Source: an uncultured Clostridiaceae bacterium
GTDB taxonomy: Bacteria > Bacillota > Clostridia > Tissierellales > Tepidimicrobiaceae
Length of the DNA: 64,000 nucleotides
NCBI GenBank assembly: GCA_964564325.1
Contig: CAZMBD010000001.1
Location: 71,867-135,866 of the forward strand
Reading direction: 5' to 3'
Part shown: in pieces, positions 59,185-64,000 of the stretch
How the letters are laid out: each line of letters starts with the position of its first letter
How positions within the stretch are numbered: position 1 is the stretch's first letter
Made by a program: the position numbers and the translations under genes
Notes under the pieces: generated by a model
Told to the model about the DNA's origin: nothing
Seen by the model: the letters and a program-made list of their open reading frames with translations, nothing else
The model's database searches: none

Positions 59185-60493
59185 CTCTTTCTCTCATTTC
59201 TAATTTAATAGGCACTCCTTCGAAACCAAAATATTGTCTAATTTGATTTTCCAAATATCTTTCATATGAAAAATGCATAAGTTGCTTTTTATTAATAAAT
59301 ATCAAAAATTTTGGTGGTCTAACAGCTACTTGAGTACCATAATAAATTTTTAGCCTATTTCCCTTATCTGAAGGTGGTTGATTTAAAATAACTGCTTCAT
59401 TTATTATATCATTTAAAACTCCTGTACTAATTCTTAAATTATAATTATTATTTACAATTTTAATTAATTCAAATAATTTATTTACCCTTTTCCCCGTTTT
59501 AGCAGAAATAAATACAATAGGTGCATAGGTTATAAAACCTAGTTTATTTCTTATTTCTCTTTCCATATCTCTAGGAGTATTAGTCTCTTTTTCTACAATA
59601 TCCCATTTATTAACTGCTATTATCATTCCCTTCCCTTGTTCATAAGCATAACCAGCAATCTTTGTATCTTGCTCTGTAATACCCTCAGTACCATCTATCA
59701 CTAAAATACATATATCAGATCTATCTACTGCAGTCAATGTACGAACTACACTATATCGCTCCACATTTTCATAAATGCTTCTCTTTCTCCTTAAACCTGC
59801 AGTATCTATAAATAAATAGCGATCCTCATCATAAGTAAAATAAGTATCTATTGCATCCCTAGTAGTACCAGGAATATCTGTAACAATTACTCTATCTTCT
59901 CCTAAAATATTATTAATTAATGATGATTTTCCTACATTTGGTTTGCCAATAACAGCAACTTTTATAATATCTTCGTGGTAATCTGTGTCCTTATGCTCGG
60001 GAAAATGTTTTATAATTTCATCTAATAAATCACCTATTCCTAATCCCTGTTCCGCTGAAACTAATAAAGGTTCTCCTATGCCTAATTCATAAAATTCAAA
60101 AATATGATCAGATGACTTTTTAGAATCAATTTTATTGCATACTAAAAGCACCTCTTTTCCAGATCTCCTTAAAATATCTGCAATGTCCCTATCTGTAGCA
60201 GTAACACCGTCTAGTCCATCCACTACAAATAATATTACATCAGCAGTTTCAATGGCAATTTCTGCCTGTCTCCTAATATTTAACGGTATTATTTCTTCAG
60301 ATTCTGGCTCTAATCCACCAGTATCGATTAATGTAAAATACTTATTAAGCCATTCTGCTTCAGAATATATCCTATCTCTAGTCACTCCAGGAGTATCCTC
60401 CGTAATGGCAATTCTCTTTCCTGTTATTCTATTAAATAATGTGGATTTCCCAACATTTGGTCTACCCACAATACATACAACTGGTCTATCCAT
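59177..60493 (-). CDS. der: Ribosome-associated GTPase Der (EngA)
   Basis: Tandem G domains ([18 protein letters not shown]) and a KH-like C-terminus. Confidence 0.96.
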   Translation of the reverse strand: MDRPVVCIVGRPNVGKSTLFNRITGKRIAITEDTPGVTRDRIYSEAEWLNKYFTLIDTGGLEPESEEIIPLNIRRQAEIAIETADVILFVVDGLDGVTATDRDIADILRRSGKEVLLVCNKIDSKKSSDHIFEFYELGIGEPLLVSAEQGLGIGDLLDEIIKHFPEHKDTDYHEDIIKVAVIGKPNVGKSSLINNILGEDRVIVTDIPGTTRDAIDTYFTYDEDRYLFIDTAGLRRKRSIYENVERYSVVRTLTAVDRSDICILVIDGTEGITEQDTKIAGYAYEQGKGMIIAVNKWDIVEKETNTPRDMEREIRNKLGFITYAPIVFISAKTGKRVNKLFELIKIVNNNYNLRISTGVLNDIINEAVILNQPPSDKGNRLKIYYGTQVAVRPPKFLIFINKKQLMHFSYERYLENQIRQYFGFEGVPIKLEMRERGE

Positions 60494-60501
60494 TATATCA
60501 C

Positions 60502-61833
60502 CTAAGCCTTCCTAAACAAATTAACAAATTCTTTACCCGATACCTCTACTGGTATTACTTGGGTCTTTAATTGATTTTCTATATCTTCGACAGTTAAATC
60601 ATCTAAAAAAATCTCACTATCTCTTCTTAACATGGATTTTGGGATTATCACTCCATCAACATTATCAATATCCTTTAATTGAGATATTAAATCTCTTCCT
60701 GTAATTAATCCTGATACTGTAATAGTTTCTCCAAAGAATTTATTATTAATTGGTATTACATTAAGTTTTAATTTTTGAAATTTATTCATTGCTTTATTTG
60801 CAATTTCTTCCATAAAACTTTTAGCCAAAGTTCCAGTAGCTATTACATAGTTTTTATCTAAAGAGATGTTCTTATGAATATCTTCAAGCTCTTTTTCAAC
60901 TTCATATTCAAAGGATTTCATTAGACCTACACCATTTTCTAATTGAGGAAACCCCTCATAATCATCATAATCTGGTAAAGACATTTCTGCCATAACATAA
61001 AACTCATCAGAAGCAAATGCAAATCTAGTTCCCAGATTATTTAAAAATTTCTCCTGTTCTTTTTTTATAAATTTTAAGAATTCTTTAGACTCTAATTTAT
61101 TAAAAGTTCTAATCTTAGCAAGTCCTTCTCTATATTTAGTTATGCCTACTGGCACTATAGCCACTGATTTAACACTTGGATACAGACTAGATAGGTCTGT
61201 CAAAGTCCTTTCCAATTCTACACCATCATTTACCCCAGGTACCAGTACTATTTGGCAATTGATTTCAAGATTAGCCTCCTTGAATTTTTGTAATATAGTA
61301 AATACCTTACCTGCATTTTTATTATTTAGCATTTTTACTCTTAAATCTGGATTTGTAGTATGAACTGATACATTAATAGGGCTTATTCTATATGCAATAA
61401 TCCTATTAATATCTTCATCACTCATGTTAGTCAATGTAATAAAATTTCCTTGTAAAAATGATAGTCTAGAATCATCATCTTTAAAATATAAAGTTTCTCT
61501 CATATTTTTAGGCAATTGATCTATAAAACAAAATATACATTTATTTCTACAAGATCTAGCTTTATCAATTAGTGGATTTGTAAATTCTATTCCTAAATCC
61601 TCATCAAATTCCTTCTCAATCTCTAATAGCCAAATCTCTCCATTGACCTTTTCTATTTCTACTTCCACATATTCATCAGTTATTAAAAATTTATAATCTA
61701 TTATATCCTTAACTTCCCTACCATTAATAGATTTTAAAATATCTCCTGGTTCAATTTCTAACTCTTCAGCTATACTACCTACTTTTACATTTTCTATAAT
61801 ATTTCTATTTCCATTTAACTTTTTTAATTCCAT
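60502..61833 (-). CDS. PDZ-domain / radical SAM-like DUF512 protein
   Basis: N-terminal PDZ-like segment ([24 protein letters not shown]), then CRNKCIFC (CxxxCxxC). 443 aa, immediately upstream of der. Confidence 0.8.
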   Translation of the reverse strand: MELKKLNGNRNIIENVKVGSIAEELEIEPGDILKSINGREVKDIIDYKFLITDEYVEVEIEKVNGEIWLLEIEKEFDEDLGIEFTNPLIDKARSCRNKCIFCFIDQLPKNMRETLYFKDDDSRLSFLQGNFITLTNMSDEDINRIIAYRISPINVSVHTTNPDLRVKMLNNKNAGKVFTILQKFKEANLEINCQIVLVPGVNDGVELERTLTDLSSLYPSVKSVAIVPVGITKYREGLAKIRTFNKLESKEFLKFIKKEQEKFLNNLGTRFAFASDEFYVMAEMSLPDYDDYEGFPQLENGVGLMKSFEYEVEKELEDIHKNISLDKNYVIATGTLAKSFMEEIANKAMNKFQKLKLNVIPINNKFFGETITVSGLITGRDLISQLKDIDNVDGVIIPKSMLRRDSEIFLDDLTVEDIENQLKTQVIPVEVSGKEFVNLFRKA

Positions 61834-61908
61834 ATATTATCCTTTCTAATTCCCATTTATATCATTATAACAAAATAAATTAAAAAATGGTATATAAATC
61901 TTTAAAGT

Positions 61909-61955
61909 AAAACAACTATCATTCCAAGACCTGGTCTTAAAATGATAGTTGTTTT
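61909..61955 (-). terminator. Intrinsic terminator downstream of glyA
   Basis: Two-part hairpin AAAACAACTATCATT..AAGACC-tg-GGTCTT..AATGATAGTTGTTTT with tail TTTACTTT on the sense strand. Confidence 0.7.
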
Positions 61956-61965
61956 TAACTATCTA

Positions 61966-63198
61966 TTATTCATATAGTGGGAATTTCTTACATAATTCTA
62001 ATGTCATATTTCTTACTTCTTCCCTATCATTGTTTTCATCCAATGCTAAACTCATAATCTTTGCTATTTCCTTCATCTCATTTTCTTTCATTCCCCTTGT
62101 CGTAACTGCTGGAGTTCCAATTCTTACTCCTGAAGTTACAAATGGACTTTCTGGATCAAAAGGTATGGTATTTTTATTAGTTGTAAGATTTACTGACTCA
62201 AAAAGTTCCTCAGCTTTTTTACCAGTTAATCCTTTAGGCCTAACATCTAATAATATTAAATGATTATCGGTACCATCAGAAACAAGTCTAAAACCTTCCT
62301 CTTTTAAAGCATCCGCTAATGCACTTGCATTTTTTATAATTTGTTTTTGGTATTCTTTAAAATCATCTTGTAATGCTTCCCCAAAACTAACTGCTTTAGC
62401 TGCAATTACATGCATTAAAGGGCCACCTTGAATGCCAGGAAATATAGCCTTGTCTATTGCCTTTTTATATTTTTCTTTGCAAAGTATAGCACCACCTCTT
62501 GGACCTCTTAAAGTTTTATGTGTAGTAGTGGTTACAAAATCTGCATATGGTACTGGACTTGGATGAAGTCCAGCTGCTACAAGTCCAGCTATATGTGCCA
62601 TATCTACCATTAAATACGCTCCAACTTCATCTGCTATTTCTCTAAACTTCTTAAAATCTATTATTCTTGGATATGCACTAGCACCTGCTACAATCATTTT
62701 AGGTTTTTCTTTAATGGCAATTTCTCTTACTTTTTGATAATCTATAACTTCTGTTTTTTCATCTACTCCATAATCTACAAAATTAAAATATGTCCCAGAT
62801 ATATTAACTGGACTACCATGAGTTAGGTGTCCACCTTGTGATAAATTCATTCCCAATACCTTGTCTCCTGGTTTAAGTACTGAAAAATATACTCCTAAAT
62901 TTGCATTAGAACCTGAATGAGGTTGCACATTTGCATGTTCTGCCCCAAATAACTCTTTCAATCTATCTATTGCTAAATTTTCTACCATATCCACATATTC
63001 ACAACCACCATAATATCTTCTAGCTGGATATCCTTCTGCATATTTGTTAGTCAATTGACTACCCATTGCCTCCATAACTTGAGGACTAACAAAGTTCTCT
63101 GAAGCTATTAATTCTAAATGTTCCCTTTGCCTATTTGTTTCCATTTCAATTATTTCCATTATTTCAGGATCATTTTTTGATAAATTTGTAAAATCCAT
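61966..63198 (-). CDS. glyA: Serine hydroxymethyltransferase
   Basis: [17 protein letters not shown]-lysine motif, 410 aa. Confidence 0.97.
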   Translation of the reverse strand: MDFTNLSKNDPEIMEIIEMETNRQREHLELIASENFVSPQVMEAMGSQLTNKYAEGYPARRYYGGCEYVDMVENLAIDRLKELFGAEHANVQPHSGSNANLGVYFSVLKPGDKVLGMNLSQGGHLTHGSPVNISGTYFNFVDYGVDEKTEVIDYQKVREIAIKEKPKMIVAGASAYPRIIDFKKFREIADEVGAYLMVDMAHIAGLVAAGLHPSPVPYADFVTTTTHKTLRGPRGGAILCKEKYKKAIDKAIFPGIQGGPLMHVIAAKAVSFGEALQDDFKEYQKQIIKNASALADALKEEGFRLVSDGTDNHLILLDVRPKGLTGKKAEELFESVNLTTNKNTIPFDPESPFVTSGVRIGTPAVTTRGMKENEMKEIAKIMSLALDENNDREEVRNMTLELCKKFPLYE

Positions 63199-63277
63199 TT
63201 ATTAAAACCTCCTTGTTTGATATAATATAAATCATTAAATAGACATAAAATAATAATATTATATTTCTTACAAATTC

Positions 63278-63306
63278 ATTATATATTTAATTTTAATTAT
63301 TTACAA
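63278..63306 (-). promoter_or_regulatory. Sigma-A-type promoter for glyA
   Basis: Minus strand TTGTAA-17 nt-TATAAT, giving an about 70-nt 5' UTR. Confidence 0.6.
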
Positions 63307-63333
63307 CTATATAATCATTATGAGGTGAATTTA

Positions 63334-64000
63334 GTGGATTTAATTGAAAAAGATAGAAAAGAAGCAAAGAAACTTCTTTTATTAGCCGCCTTAACAGGCA
63401 AAGTCATGTTAAAAAATGGTGCAGAAACTTATAGAGTAGAAGACACTATTGAAAGAATTTGTAAATCTAGAAAACAAATTAAATATGCAGATGCCTTTGT
63501 CACTCCTACTGGTATTTTTGTATCTTTAGAACATGATGGAGAAATGATGACATATCTTGTTAGAATTAAATCTATTAAAATAGATTTAAATAAAATAGCA
63601 TTGGTAAATGAATTTTCTAGAGAATTTGTAAATTCTAATATGTCAATAGATGAGGGATTTCAAAAATTAAAAGAAATCAATAAAATAAAAGGATATAATA
63701 TAAAGACAAAAAATTTTCTTGGTGCAATGGCTTGCTCCTTTTTTACCCTACTATTTGGTGGAAATTTTTTAGATTTTATATCCTCATATTTAGTAAGTTT
63801 AGTAGTTTTATTTACTATAAGTAAAATTGATAAACATAAAATGACTTTCTTTATAAATAATATTATAGGCGCTACTATTGCATCTATTTTATCTATATTA
63901 GCAGTAAATATTGGTATTGGTCAAAATATGGATACAATAATCATAGGTTCTATCATGTCCCTAGTACCAGGAGTTCCCATTACCAACGCCCTCAGAGATA
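63334..64000 (+). CDS. ThrE-family (DUF1212) threonine/serine exporter-like membrane protein, 3' end outside the window
   Basis: Not in the ORF track because it runs off the window. Manual translation from GTG 63334 (GAGGTGA SD 5 nt upstream) gives MDLIEKDRKEAKKLLLLAALTGKVMLKNGAETYRVEDTIERI...GSIMSLVPGVPITNALRD, typical of ThrE/YjjP. Confidence 0.8.
   Translation, partial: MDLIEKDRKEAKKLLLLAALTGKVMLKNGAETYRVEDTIERICKSRKQIKYADAFVTPTGIFVSLEHDGEMMTYLVRIKSIKIDLNKIALVNEFSREFVNSNMSIDEGFQKLKEINKIKGYNIKTKNFLGAMACSFFTLLFGGNFLDFISSYLVSLVVLFTISKIDKHKMTFFINNIIGATIASILSILAVNIGIGQNMDTIIIGSIMSLVPGVPITNALRD

Noticed and set aside
63287-63315. Candidate plus-strand promoter (TTAATT-17-TATAAT) for the ThrE-family gene.
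   Set aside because: The predicted start site would fall inside the gene's SD, and the -35 is poor. In DNA this AT-rich, TATAAT-like hexamers occur by chance.

Overview
This is a very AT-rich core chromosomal segment from an endospore-forming Firmicute, Clostridia/Tissierellia-like by gene content (spoIVA, ylbJ, ylmH, YteA/YlyA-like protein). I call 70 CDS, 65 of them on the minus strand, plus one tRNA and one riboswitch. Gene order follows the conserved Bacillus/Clostridium ylq-ylx-ylb-ylo-yly-ylm backbone:
- dprA-comM-yraN, a FlhB-C-like/FliK-C-like pair, rnhB-rbgA-rplS-trmD-rimM-ylqC-rpsP-ffh-ylxM-ftsY-smc
- radical SAM gene, rnc-acpP-plsX-rpmF-yceD-ackA
- tmcAL-ylbJ (plus strand)
- coaD-rsmD-recG-yloV-asp23, then rpmB (plus strand)
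- thiN-thiT behind a TPP riboswitch
- rpe-rsgA-prkC-prpC-rlmN-rsmB-fmt-def-priA-coaBC-rpoZ-gmk-remA-yicC, then rqcH (plus strand)
- pyrR-rluD-lspA, a DksA/TraR-type protein, aroF
- divIVA-ylmH-ylmG-sepF-ylmE, an orphan HlyD-like adaptor, tRNA-Pro(GGG) (plus strand)
- spoIVA-gpsA-plsY-der, DUF512, glyA, and a partial ThrE-family gene.

I found no mobile elements, CRISPR arrays, prophage, defence island or biosynthetic cluster, and I cannot honestly point to a self-contained novel multi-gene system. The best leads are local oddities:
- ylmE/yggS can only be translated in full from a non-canonical ATT start.
- A 15-17 bp perfect RNA hairpin sits just upstream of the RNase III gene.
- The FliK-C/FlhB-CC pair is uncharacterised and has no flagellar genes nearby in this window.
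- An orphan membrane-fusion-like protein and a small membrane protein head the division operon.
- A lone opposite-strand tRNA-Pro(GGG) has its own consensus promoter.
- Two conserved radical SAM genes have unknown function.

Many longest-ORF starts in the supplied track run too far upstream, because an in-frame GTG or TTG lies inside the GAGGTG-type Shine-Dalgarno (SD) sequence. I re-set those starts by eye. All promoter, terminator and fold calls are visual and have not been computed.
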